This document shows, one piece after another, positions 55,605-64,000 of a stretch of 64,000 bases of DNA (position 1 is the first letter of the stretch; the number at the start of each line of letters is the position of its first letter). The notes under the pieces were generated by a model. That model worked only from the letters and a program-made list of their open reading frames with translations. It was not told where the DNA came from and did not search any database. The position numbers and the translations under genes were made by a program. The stretch covers positions 39,528 through 103,527 of the forward strand of contig CAYNND010000001.1 in assembly GCA_964398775.1 (NCBI GenBank), written 5' to 3'. The stretch is from an uncultured Candidatus Saccharibacteria bacterium (GTDB taxonomy: Bacteria > Patescibacteriota > Minisyncoccia > Phycocordibacterales > UBA2100).

Positions 55605-55916
55605 TTATTGTTTCGGTTTTCTTCGTTCTGTAACTATATACTCTTCGAGGTGAATAAGAAACGCAAACGGTGTCAGGAACCGGATATTTCCACTCTCGCC
55701 AGCAGGTAGACGCGCAGCATATGGCAGTAAGTCTGGAGGCCATGGGAGTTTTGATTCAATGCCGGTTGAACGGTGCTTGGCAAGTTCACATATTTTCTCA
55801 GTCAGAACTCGCGTATCCTCTGTAAGATTTTTGAACTCAGGAGTATCCATCATAAGTTCAATATGTGTATCTTCGTATGGGCTTGTGTTTTGTGCTATAG
55901 CCTCAAGTGCCATCAT
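55605..55916 (-). CDS. Hypothetical protein (between dus and dnaX)
   Basis: 103-aa ORF with ATGA overlap to dus. Confidence 0.4.
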   Translation of the reverse strand: MMALEAIAQNTSPYEDTHIELMMDTPEFKNLTEDTRVLTEKICELAKHRSTGIESKLPWPPDLLPYAARLPAGESGNIRFLTPFAFLIHLEEYIVTERRKPKQ

Positions 55917-56914
55917 GACTCCATACTATCATGGGCACTTCTCAGGAGTAATAGCGCGCTCTCAGCATCATCTGTCTGCATGAGTGCCGTACGCAAGTCA
56001 CTTGCATGATTCCATCCTGCAATATAGCTGCCGAAATGTTTTTTCATAAGGGCAAAACTCTTAATATCAGCAAACTGTTTCTGGTACTCCTCGGTATGCT
56101 CAATGAGTGCTGCGATTCGCTCTCGCGCTGTTGCATGATAGTCAGTGCCGTACCATGGGTTACCGAACATGCCACGACCTATCATGACACCATTGCAGTG
56201 TGTTTCCTCATACCGCTGCTGCGCTTCAGCGACAGTTTTTACATCACCATTTCCTACTATCAAGGTAGATACTCCCATGCTGTCTCTCAGGGTAACTGCA
56301 CGGGCAACAGCACCCCACTGTGCAGGAACTTTTGACATCTCTTTTCTGGTACGCGCGTGGACCGTCAATACTGCGGGCTCTTCACTCAATAATTCTCGAG
56401 CCCAGTCTTCAAGGGTGTCTTGGTTCCAGCCTATCCGAGTCTTTACCGAAACAGGAATGTCTGGAGCGCCGCGCTTTGCTGCTTTAATAAGTTCACGGGC
56501 AAGCGCAGGATTTTTTATAAGTGCTGCGCCACATCCTTGATTGTTGACTGCATCCACAGGGCATCCCATGTTTATATCAACCCCATCAAAACCGAGTTCT
56601 TGCACGATTGCCGCACCCTGCTCCATGTACCCAGGAACGCTAGAGAAGAGTTGCGCGACTATCGGACGTTCAATTTCACTAAAGCGTAACTTTGAGCGCA
56701 GCTTGCGCTGACCTTCAGCAGGAGCTCGAACGAGCCCATCGGCGGAAGTGAACTCTGTGAACGTGACATGGGGCTTCCCTCGTCGGGCAATGATAGTACG
56801 AAACGCGACATCGGTGACGTCATCCATCGGTGCTCCGACTATGAACGGCTGCGCGAGTGTGGCCCAAAAGTTTTTCATCGCAGGCACGATACTGTAGATA
56901 TGAAACGAATGCAA
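55913..56914 (-). CDS. dus: tRNA-dihydrouridine synthase
   Basis: FMN-binding TIM-barrel blocks GAPMDDVTD and GFDGVDINMGCP with catalytic Cys. Confidence 0.85.
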   Translation of the reverse strand: MHSFHIYSIVPAMKNFWATLAQPFIVGAPMDDVTDVAFRTIIARRGKPHVTFTEFTSADGLVRAPAEGQRKLRSKLRFSEIERPIVAQLFSSVPGYMEQGAAIVQELGFDGVDINMGCPVDAVNNQGCGAALIKNPALARELIKAAKRGAPDIPVSVKTRIGWNQDTLEDWARELLSEEPAVLTVHARTRKEMSKVPAQWGAVARAVTLRDSMGVSTLIVGNGDVKTVAEAQQRYEETHCNGVMIGRGMFGNPWYGTDYHATARERIAALIEHTEEYQKQFADIKSFALMKKHFGSYIAGWNHASDLRTALMQTDDAESALLLLRSAHDSMES

Positions 56915-56916
56915 TC

Positions 56917-57651
56917 TTACCCAATATCAGCGATGAGCGCGCAATGGTCACTCATGCCGCATTTCATGACAACAGCATGCACAGGAGCAGCACCTGGTGT
57001 TCTGAAAATATAGTCCACCATGTACCGCGCAACTTCAGCAGCAACAGGAGGATTGGTGCGCACGCGATGCAGCGGTATGTGCATACTGGATGTATATGTA
57101 TGCGGTACGCAATCTTCGAAATACTGCGTCAGTGTCTCGTAGCAGGAGTTGTACCCTCGAGGGATATTGAAATCCCCGCAGACGATTGTCGGGGGCATCG
57201 TTCGTATATACTCCATCAGTGCTTGAGTATCTGTTTTTTGATACTCACTTGGTTTGTCACCATCCTGTGTCCACGTGTGATGGAGCGTCGCGACACGAAC
57301 ACCGTCTATTTCGGTACTAATGATGCCGTGCTGTATCGTCTTTCTTTTTGTTTCTTGATTTGTTCTGTCCTGCTCTACTAAAGCCTCAGTGGGTTTGTAG
57401 TAGTAGTGTACGACCGTGTTTGACTGTGCATGACTACTCATGAGCACTACCCCACGCTCATCAAGTGAGCCATCTGTGCGGCGCTCAAGGATCATCGGCA
57501 TGAATGTAACGTATGGGAGTGATGATATCCGTGGAATATCCTGTTTGAAAACCTCTTGCATGCAAAGCACATCAGGACGCTCTGCAGCTATAAAGTCACA
57601 CACAAGTGTGAGGTGTGCATCACCTTCTATGTTTATTTGTACTAGTTTCAT
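56917..57651 (-). CDS. Endonuclease/exonuclease/phosphatase (EEP) family protein
   Basis: LCMQEV, GDFNIPRG, SDHCAL catalytic blocks. Confidence 0.75.
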   Translation of the reverse strand: MKLVQINIEGDAHLTLVCDFIAAERPDVLCMQEVFKQDIPRISSLPYVTFMPMILERRTDGSLDERGVVLMSSHAQSNTVVHYYYKPTEALVEQDRTNQETKRKTIQHGIISTEIDGVRVATLHHTWTQDGDKPSEYQKTDTQALMEYIRTMPPTIVCGDFNIPRGYNSCYETLTQYFEDCVPHTYTSSMHIPLHRVRTNPPVAAEVARYMVDYIFRTPGAAPVHAVVMKCGMSDHCALIADIG

Positions 57652-58652
57652 TGGAGTGTTTCTTGTTCGTCGTTCACTCCCTCATCTGTCGGCTCATCAG
57701 CTGTACGTGATTTGTAGTAGAGACGATTCCCAAAGCGGGCATCAATATATTCAAGTCCTGCATACTTCTCCTTGACTGGTGCTGCTGTGCGCGCAGTGTG
57801 AATGGTCTGCGCTACACGTACTGGATCATCATCGAGCAATACGATGATGTCTGGATTATTTTCAAAAGACATCCGCATATCTACACCATCATCAGATATA
57901 GAGATTGCGTCACTTTGCATTTCGATATCACGGAATGCAACGACAAACCCTCGGAGACGATTGAAAATTCCGGGGAGTACGTACGCTCCAATAGACTGAC
58001 CCTCTGTGACACCACCTCGCAGCGCTGGGTATACATATGCACCTGATGCCTCTTCAAAGATGAAGCCAGTTTCATCAGCGTGGTAACACAAGCCTTCTCC
58101 AGAGGCATCGCACCACGTAGCAAACGGAATGCGCTCGGTGATTGTTACTTTGACTGTATTCATCCCGTACCGACGCACGGAAATATCTTCAATGCGAGGA
58201 AAATCTTTTCGCAGCCGCTCGCCGACAGCTGAGAGGTCTGCGGTCAGTATAGTGTTGCGTGAGTACAACATACCTTCATGTGAAAGCAGTGCTTGGAGTG
58301 TCGAGGTTTCGATTTGCGCAGCCGAAATCTGTCTTGTGCCTTCTACGATGACCGATGATATAGCAACTGACTGATGAAACGTGAGCGCGCTCAAGCCCGC
58401 AGCACCAAGCACCATTACAGCGAAAGTGGCGTAGAGTACTCCTCTTCTTTTATACGCTCGACGTTGCTTGAGTGGAGTGCGACGTTTCTTTTTTTGAGCA
58501 GGTGTTTCTTTGTGTGGAGCGCTTCGATTCACAAAAGCATATCGCTTAAACGACAGCGTTTGCGGGTCTGCTGCGCGTTTTACCGCAATCTTGTCACCAC
58601 CTTTTCTCAGGTCAACTACTCCGCGTCGTTTGTGTGGTGGTGTGTGTGTCAT
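57648..58652 (-). CDS. ftsQ: Cell division protein FtsQ/DivIB-like (POTRA domain)
   Basis: basic N-terminus, single TM, POTRA-like ISSVIVEGTRQISAAQIETS, 334 aa. Confidence 0.6.
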   Translation of the reverse strand: MTHTPPHKRRGVVDLRKGGDKIAVKRAADPQTLSFKRYAFVNRSAPHKETPAQKKKRRTPLKQRRAYKRRGVLYATFAVMVLGAAGLSALTFHQSVAISSVIVEGTRQISAAQIETSTLQALLSHEGMLYSRNTILTADLSAVGERLRKDFPRIEDISVRRYGMNTVKVTITERIPFATWCDASGEGLCYHADETGFIFEEASGAYVYPALRGGVTEGQSIGAYVLPGIFNRLRGFVVAFRDIEMQSDAISISDDGVDMRMSFENNPDIIVLLDDDPVRVAQTIHTARTAAPVKEKYAGLEYIDARFGNRLYYKSRTADEPTDEGVNDEQETLQ

Positions 58653-59806
58653 GATGACAAAGAGTCGAGGAATTGCGCTGTTCCTTCTCCGTGAACTGCA
58701 TATACGATAGCGAAGAGCTCCTCAAGGCACAACCCATCTGAGACCACCGTGTGAACAAAACGAGTTTTGGTAGCAGTATCAACATATTTTAACCCTGCAC
58801 GTCGCGACTGAAAGTCATGATAGTACTGTATTCGAGCAAGCACATATCGCTCAGAGAACATCGGTATATCTATCTCATAGCTCTTTACCACTGCTGGGTG
58901 TGCAGCGCGCGCAGTCACAACTGAAGTACGAAATGGGATATGGAGTGTATTCAAGAGCTGTTCATAGCATGAGCGAATACTTTCATGCTGTTCGACAGAA
59001 ATGTCATGTCGAGCAAGGCATACTGACAATGTACCTACAACATGACCAAAAGAGCGCAGCGCTCGGTCACGAAAAAGTTCGACATCCATAAGATACTTTT
59101 CTGGAAGTCGCGACTCTTCATAGGTAGAGCCGACATGTGCTTCAAGGAGATATGGTATGACTGATGTGCCAACAAGACCAAACGATGCTTCAGTTAAATA
59201 TGTACCAACCTCATCTGCGCTTGCGCCGGAGGCAATACACGCATCTCGAGACACGCCGGGCATACTGCGAGCAAGCGTAAAACCAGCTGAAGCAAAATAT
59301 CGGTGCACGTATGTCTGTAGTGCAAGAAATGAACGGTATGTAGTTACACTCGGAACAAGCCACACATTTTCACCACGAGTCACCTGCTGGATAGACGCAC
59401 GTGCGAGTACATCTGAAAACACTACGTGCTCTGTCGGCTGGCGTTCTGATCTCCCGACCTCTACTACTGCTTCAGTCTCACTCCCAGTCGGCACAGAAAT
59501 GTCAGGCATGTTTGGGATGAGCACCATCTCTCGCTTAAAACGCTGCAGTGACTCAGCGTACTGAGCCTCTTCTTGAGCAAGTTCACTCTGTATACTCTGC
59601 AGAGAAGTCTGTGCTTGCGCATCTCCTCCCTGTGAAAGACGCTCAAGTACTCGTACGCGCGCTTTCTTCCCCTGGAGAGAGAGGTGTAATTTCTTCCGCT
59701 CGTCATCCGCATCTGTCAGTGGCTGCAGGTCAAGTTTCATCCCACGACGCTCAGCTGCATATCGAATAAGCTCTGGGTTATCTCGGATGAACTGAATATC
59801 AAGCAT
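58649..59806 (-). CDS. Seryl-tRNA synthetase-like protein (divergent; motif 2/3 residues not conserved)
   Basis: N-terminal MLDIQFIRDNPELI and coiled coil like SerRS; C-terminal TKTRFVHTVVSDGL aligns with SerRS KKTRLVHTLNGSGL, but motif 2 FRSE...RG and the motif 3 Arg are replaced. Confidence 0.55.
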   Translation of the reverse strand: MLDIQFIRDNPELIRYAAERRGMKLDLQPLTDADDERKKLHLSLQGKKARVRVLERLSQGGDAQAQTSLQSIQSELAQEEAQYAESLQRFKREMVLIPNMPDISVPTGSETEAVVEVGRSERQPTEHVVFSDVLARASIQQVTRGENVWLVPSVTTYRSFLALQTYVHRYFASAGFTLARSMPGVSRDACIASGASADEVGTYLTEASFGLVGTSVIPYLLEAHVGSTYEESRLPEKYLMDVELFRDRALRSFGHVVGTLSVCLARHDISVEQHESIRSCYEQLLNTLHIPFRTSVVTARAAHPAVVKSYEIDIPMFSERYVLARIQYYHDFQSRRAGLKYVDTATKTRFVHTVVSDGLCLEELFAIVYAVHGEGTAQFLDSLSS

Positions 59807-59878
59807 AGGAGTCAGTATAAATCATTTTATCGTTTTTGCCGCATGTTCACGCACGGTGTGCGCACGAAAGCTGCAATA

Positions 59879-61027
59879 CTATTTCTTTTTCTTATGTTGT
59901 GCTCGCTTCTTACCACGAGATACCTTTTTCACCGGATGAGTCTGTAGCGGTGTATGGCGAAACGCTTCTGTACGTTTACCCTCTTTCAATGTCTGCACAA
60001 GTTTCCCCACGTCTTGCGCCTTACTTTTATCAAGCACAAGTAATGCCTCGGGTGTCTCAACCACTACAACGTGAGATAACCCTACAACAGTCACGAGACG
60101 TGACTCGGAACGGATATATGAGTTTGAAACATCGCGCAATACAACATCACCAACAATGACATTACCTTGACTGTCTTTTATTGAAGTGTCGTGTAACGCG
60201 CTCCATGAACCGATATCGTTCCACCCCATCGATACAGGTATGACTTTTGCCTGCGATGTTTTCTCCATGACAAGTGTATCAATAGACCCGATGACAGGCT
60301 CGTCGACTGTTTTCCTCAACATAAGAATGGTCGAGTGTTTTTTCGGAAGTGCTGCTTTTGCCCATGCATGTACTGACGGTGCGTGTATTTCTATCTCACG
60401 GAGTAATTCGTCAGCACGAGCAACAAACATACCACTGTTCCAGAAATGCTCACCGCCAATCACGTATTGCTCTGCTCGTTCTGTATTCGGCTTTTCTACA
60501 AAGGCTGCGACTGAGCGAACATGCTCAGAAGTGTGTGCGCCAGCGTGAATATATCCATACCCTGTCTCAGGATATGTAGGAATGATGCCAAATGTGACAA
60601 TACCTCCTGCCTGCGCTTCATGTGTCGCTTGAGTGAGCGCACGCGCAAATGCTTTTGTGTCTTGTATGACGTGGTCAGCAGGCATGACACACACAATAGG
60701 CATAACACCCGCTGCCGCACGTGCAAGTGCATGGTGTGCCGCAAGAGCAATCGCTGCCGCAGTACCTCGTGCCTTATTTTCTGCAATAATCGTCACAGTG
60801 CGGTTACACACATCAGCATGCTCTTTGATGCGTAGCGCATACGCTTGATGTACGACCACAATCGGCTCGTCCTTAATCGTCTTGGGGATACGCAAAAGTG
60901 TTTCCTGAAAGAGTGAGTGCTCGGATGTGAGACTCAAGAACTGTTTCGGATATTCGGCGCGAGATGATGGCCAAAGACGTGTACCAGAACCTCCTGCAAG
61001 AATGACTGGTACCGTCGTAAATTTCAT
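59879..61027 (-). CDS. manC: Mannose-1-phosphate guanylyltransferase (ORF-track N-terminal 82 aa extension rejected; start at MKFTTVP)
   Basis: VILAGGSGTRLWPSSRAEYPKQFL nucleotidyltransferase signature; ~380 aa from the internal Met. Confidence 0.8.
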   Translation of the reverse strand: MKFTTVPVILAGGSGTRLWPSSRAEYPKQFLSLTSEHSLFQETLLRIPKTIKDEPIVVVHQAYALRIKEHADVCNRTVTIIAENKARGTAAAIALAAHHALARAAAGVMPIVCVMPADHVIQDTKAFARALTQATHEAQAGGIVTFGIIPTYPETGYGYIHAGAHTSEHVRSVAAFVEKPNTERAEQYVIGGEHFWNSGMFVARADELLREIEIHAPSVHAWAKAALPKKHSTILMLRKTVDEPVIGSIDTLVMEKTSQAKVIPVSMGWNDIGSWSALHDTSIKDSQGNVIVGDVVLRDVSNSYIRSESRLVTVVGLSHVVVVETPEALLVLDKSKAQDVGKLVQTLKEGKRTEAFRHTPLQTHPVKKVSRGKKRAQHKKKK

Positions 61028-61088
61028 ACCGCCATCATACCCCAGCGCTGCATTTTGTGAATAAAAGATATCAACGTACAATATATGT

Positions 61089-61820
61089 ATGAATACCAAC
61101 GCAAAACATCTCTTTTTTGATGTTGATAACACGATTACCCGCAGCAAATCCCCCATTCTTCCAGAACATGAAGCTTTGTTTGTAGAGTTGTCGAAAACGC
61201 ATGACATGGTCATTGTTTCTGGTTCAAAGCAAACTGATATCTGGGGGCGTTTTACTGATGCGTCAAAGGGCACGTTCTTTACACTCGCGCAAAATGGAAA
61301 CTACGCGTTTGATAGAAATAAAGGCGAACTCTGGAAACGTCTTCTGAGTGACGAGCAGAAGCGAGCAATCTATGCATTTATAGAAAAAATGCATGCGCAT
61401 ACTCACCCACCCGTTTCAGATGAACATGATTTGATTGAAGATAGAGGATGCCAGATTGCATTTAGCTTCATCGGCCATCATGAGAAAATTGAAATCAAGG
61501 AACGATTTGACCCGACTATGGCTGTGCGGCTACAGATACTCAGTGACCTCAAAGAAGATGTGCAACGACTCTCTGATGATTTTGGTATTGAAATGGCAAT
61601 CGGAGGCACTACGAATATCGACATATACCTCAAAGGGAAACATAAAGGATTTAACTCAAAAGCACTCTGTGATCTGCTGGGGTGGAATATTGAAGATACG
61701 CTCTACTTCGGAGACCTCCTCATGCCGGGCGGGAATGACTATACCGTTGTTGGCATACTCCCGACACAGCCGGTCAAAGACTACAAAGAAACGTATGAGT
61801 TCCTGAAGCACTTCCGCTAG
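61089..61820 (+). CDS. HAD-superfamily phosphatase, eukaryotic-type phosphomannomutase (PMM)-like
   Basis: LFFDVDNTIT motif I, VSGSK motif II region; divergently adjacent to manC. Confidence 0.5.
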   Translation: MNTNAKHLFFDVDNTITRSKSPILPEHEALFVELSKTHDMVIVSGSKQTDIWGRFTDASKGTFFTLAQNGNYAFDRNKGELWKRLLSDEQKRAIYAFIEKMHAHTHPPVSDEHDLIEDRGCQIAFSFIGHHEKIEIKERFDPTMAVRLQILSDLKEDVQRLSDDFGIEMAIGGTTNIDIYLKGKHKGFNSKALCDLLGWNIEDTLYFGDLLMPGGNDYTVVGILPTQPVKDYKETYEFLKHFR

Positions 61821-61821
61821 A

Positions 61822-63420
61822 CTAGAGACAGAACGATAGGAAGCACACCTTTCTGCGCTGTGTCGCGTCATATGTTCCCGGCATTGGTGCGCGGAAAGAT
61901 TCATCGACACTTTTATCTGCATATACCTTTACCGTACACTGAGCACTGCCAATGAGCATGTCTTCGTTGTAACACTTGATGGCGTAGAGCGTCGTCGTGA
62001 GAGGTGACACGCGTTCAGAGCCGAGTAAGAAATTTCTTGCATTGAATCCGACACCTACACTTCGGGTAGCGTCTCTCCCGCACGCCCAGGCAATCGTCGG
62101 CCGTGTTCCCAAAAGCATCGTTGTGGGCATACATCGCAATCGCGCATCGCCAAACGGTTTCGGGATGACTGTGTCACGTTTCTCTGATTGACCGAGTTTC
62201 TGTGTCTCGGCAGGTGAACCCAGTGGGTCATGGAATTCTGTTTCATCTGTTTCTATAGCTTCATTTTTTGCCTTTAATTTCGCAAGTGCGTCATTCATTT
62301 TTTTGTCTGTTGCTGTTTGCTTTTGTGTGAGAGGGTCTTTCACTTCTGTTTGCTTTTGATTGAGCATGTCTGACTGCTTCAGAAATTGTGGCTGCTGCGG
62401 AGATGCCTGCGTTGGGGCATATGTTTGCGCTGGAGATGTACTAGTCGGCGCTTGTTGCTGTGGCGCAGGGTTTTGCTGCTGTTGTGTCTGATCCGTCGGT
62501 GACGATGGTGGGTTTTGTGTGGCGTATGGAGGCGGCAGCTGTCCTTGAGGAATATCTACATTGGGTCCTGCGACGGGGGTACCCGCGATTTGCATACCTG
62601 ATGGATTTTTCTTACAAGTACACTTTGTATACTCACTCTTGTCACCACGGCTCGGATGATCGCACTCGGTAAACGAAGTGTAGCTATTTCCTGTTTTATT
62701 TTTTGCATTAATCATCAGCACGCCCGCACACTGCTTCCCTACGGCAGTAAATGCACTGTGGTAATCAGATGCATTCCCTGAACCTTCCTCAACAACAGCG
62801 CCGACAACATTTGGCTGTCGCAGAATTTCAGTATCTTTCACATTTTTGGAAAGCACATTAATGCCTGCGTTCGCCGCAAGTTGGATAAGTTTTATGATTG
62901 CTGCTTTGTGACCTTTTTCAATATAAAAGTCCATGTTGTCGATCTCAATAACTTTCCCTTGCGCTTGCTTTACCCATCCTAACTGCTTGTTGAAGTTATT
63001 GAAAAATTCTGCGCTGTTTGGATGCTGTGCTATTTCGCCGTACTGAGCAGCAACACTTGAACCAGACAGCTGTGGACCACCGCATCCACCAAATCTTTTT
63101 TCACAGTATGCATTCACGTAAAAGAAAGGTACGGGCCCTGTCTGGTTTAGTCGCTGTGCAAGTGCAGGATTTTGAGAAACATATTGTGCATCAACAAACA
63201 CTGAGTCAGCGCGCCCTGCATATGAAGTTGCGGAGCCAGTATTTCCATAAATATATGCATGGCACCCGAAGGTTAATGTATTTTTCCCACAAGAACCTCC
63301 CTGTTGGGTCGGCTGTTGTTGGGTTCCTTGTCCTGCAGCAAAAAGTACCATGCCTGTTGAGAGAAGAAGTGCGACGATGATGGAGTACGATGATGTCGTT
63401 GTATACCTCACAACTTCCAT
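61822..63420 (-). CDS. Hypothetical secreted protein with Gln/Pro-rich low-complexity linker
   Basis: N-terminal TM/signal, Cys-containing N-domain, ~80-aa Q/P/T-rich linker, C-terminal Cys-containing domain. Confidence 0.5.
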   Translation of the reverse strand: MEVVRYTTTSSYSIIVALLLSTGMVLFAAGQGTQQQPTQQGGSCGKNTLTFGCHAYIYGNTGSATSYAGRADSVFVDAQYVSQNPALAQRLNQTGPVPFFYVNAYCEKRFGGCGGPQLSGSSVAAQYGEIAQHPNSAEFFNNFNKQLGWVKQAQGKVIEIDNMDFYIEKGHKAAIIKLIQLAANAGINVLSKNVKDTEILRQPNVVGAVVEEGSGNASDYHSAFTAVGKQCAGVLMINAKNKTGNSYTSFTECDHPSRGDKSEYTKCTCKKNPSGMQIAGTPVAGPNVDIPQGQLPPPYATQNPPSSPTDQTQQQQNPAPQQQAPTSTSPAQTYAPTQASPQQPQFLKQSDMLNQKQTEVKDPLTQKQTATDKKMNDALAKLKAKNEAIETDETEFHDPLGSPAETQKLGQSEKRDTVIPKPFGDARLRCMPTTMLLGTRPTIAWACGRDATRSVGVGFNARNFLLGSERVSPLTTTLYAIKCYNEDMLIGSAQCTVKVYADKSVDESFRAPMPGTYDATQRRKVCFLSFCL

Positions 63421-63443
63421 TGTACCGTAAAAAACATCCTGCC

Positions 63444-64000
63444 TTATGACTCATGCACACTAGTAGAGCGCTGTGGTGCTGCGGATACTCCGTTCATCTT
63501 TGCCACCATGCGCGAGAGGGACGCCGTTGCATTTACTGTATGCACATCTGCAAGCGCAACCCACTGAATACCGAGTACGCCGTCATCAGAAACAATCTGC
63601 TCTGTAAAAGGAACTTCAACAAGTACGCGGATATCAAAATGCTTATGATTCGGTTCATTACGTTCAGGTCGCTCTTCTATATCATGAATATCAATATCAA
63701 AAATCTCTGGAGCAACGAGCGTGCCTTCATGTCCAGTCTCTTCGCGCACTTCTCGCAACACAGCAGCAAAAAAAGTTTCGTCTTCAGGCTCAATATGCCC
63801 GCCCGGCTGAAACCACATCTGCGCACCACGATGATGGATGAGCAAGGTATGCGTTCGCGCTTCATTTACTATCCATGCCGATGCGGTAATGTGGCCTGGA
63901 TTGAAATTTCTTCGTTTCCAAAAAGAATCAGGGCACTGCTGTAGTAGTGCCTTGTACTGAGGAATAAAAAGCCGCTCCTGTGCATCTATGATGCGCGGCT
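63444..64000 (-). CDS. NUDIX hydrolase, 5' end runs off the window (ORF-track start is TTG; reading frame stays open to position 64000)
   Basis: NUDIX box GGHIEPEDETFFAAVLREVREETGHEG; upstream in-frame PGHITASAWIVNEARTHTLLIHHRG with no stop. Confidence 0.7.
   Translation of the reverse strand, partial: PRIIDAQERLFIPQYKALLQQCPDSFWKRRNFNPGHITASAWIVNEARTHTLLIHHRGAQMWFQPGGHIEPEDETFFAAVLREVREETGHEGTLVAPEIFDIDIHDIEERPERNEPNHKHFDIRVLVEVPFTEQIVSDDGVLGIQWVALADVHTVNATASLSRMVAKMNGVSAAPQRSTSVHES

Noticed and set aside
59879-61273. Full-length 464-aa manC ORF with the 82-aa N-terminal extension
   Set aside because: The nucleotidyltransferase signature starts right after the internal Met (MKFTTVPVILAGGSG). 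The extension is Cys-rich and unlike any ManC N-terminus, so I take the start at 61025-61027.
1-64000. CRISPR arrays, rRNA genes, IS elements, transposases, integrases
   Set aside because: I found no regularly spaced short repeats, no rRNA-like conserved stretches, and no DDE or tyrosine-recombinase motifs in any long ORF.

Overview
This is a 64-kb, gene-dense bacterial chromosomal window, roughly 50% GC by eye, with most genes on the minus strand. I found no rRNA genes, CRISPR arrays, transposases or integrases.

Core content, recognised from motifs:
- Housekeeping genes: compact metK, ilvA with ridA, dnaX, dus, ftsQ, a seryl-tRNA-synthetase-like gene, and manC next to a PMM-like HAD phosphatase.
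- Transport and metal homeostasis: a P1B-4-type ATPase, ZupT, a split MacAB-like efflux system, an ABC-F ATPase, a NitT/TauT-type ABC pair, MgtC, and ArsR with a HupE/UreJ-like protein.
- Many exported hypothetical proteins.

Three accessory segments stand out:
1. A 1.3-kb AT-rich islet sits at the 3' end of ilvA. It is flanked by two ~58-bp direct repeats that both encode the last 19 codons of ilvA and differ only by synonymous substitutions. This looks like an attL/attR-style scar of site-specific integration into a protein-coding gene.
2. An AT-rich defense island of about 9 kb holds a complete type I R-M operon ordered hsdM-hsdS-fic-hsdR. A small PD-(D/E)xK-like gene is coupled to hsdR, and a second small Hjc-like PD-(D/E)xK protein and a GIY-YIG nuclease lie just upstream.
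3. A single tRNA-Gln(UUG) is surrounded by a patchwork of tRNA 5' and 3' fragment repeats, including a perfect 22-bp direct repeat of the tRNA 3' end 175 bp downstream. This suggests an integration hotspot. The adjacent hypothetical genes include an HExxH zincin-like protein.

Other items worth a second look are a standalone Cas4-like nuclease, a SerRS-like protein whose class II motifs 2 and 3 look degenerate, and a Gly/Arg-repeat CxxC zinc-ribbon protein.

I read the sequence by eye. Coordinates may be off by a few nucleotides, and some starts are adjusted to internal Met codons because the ORF track also uses GTG/TTG starts.
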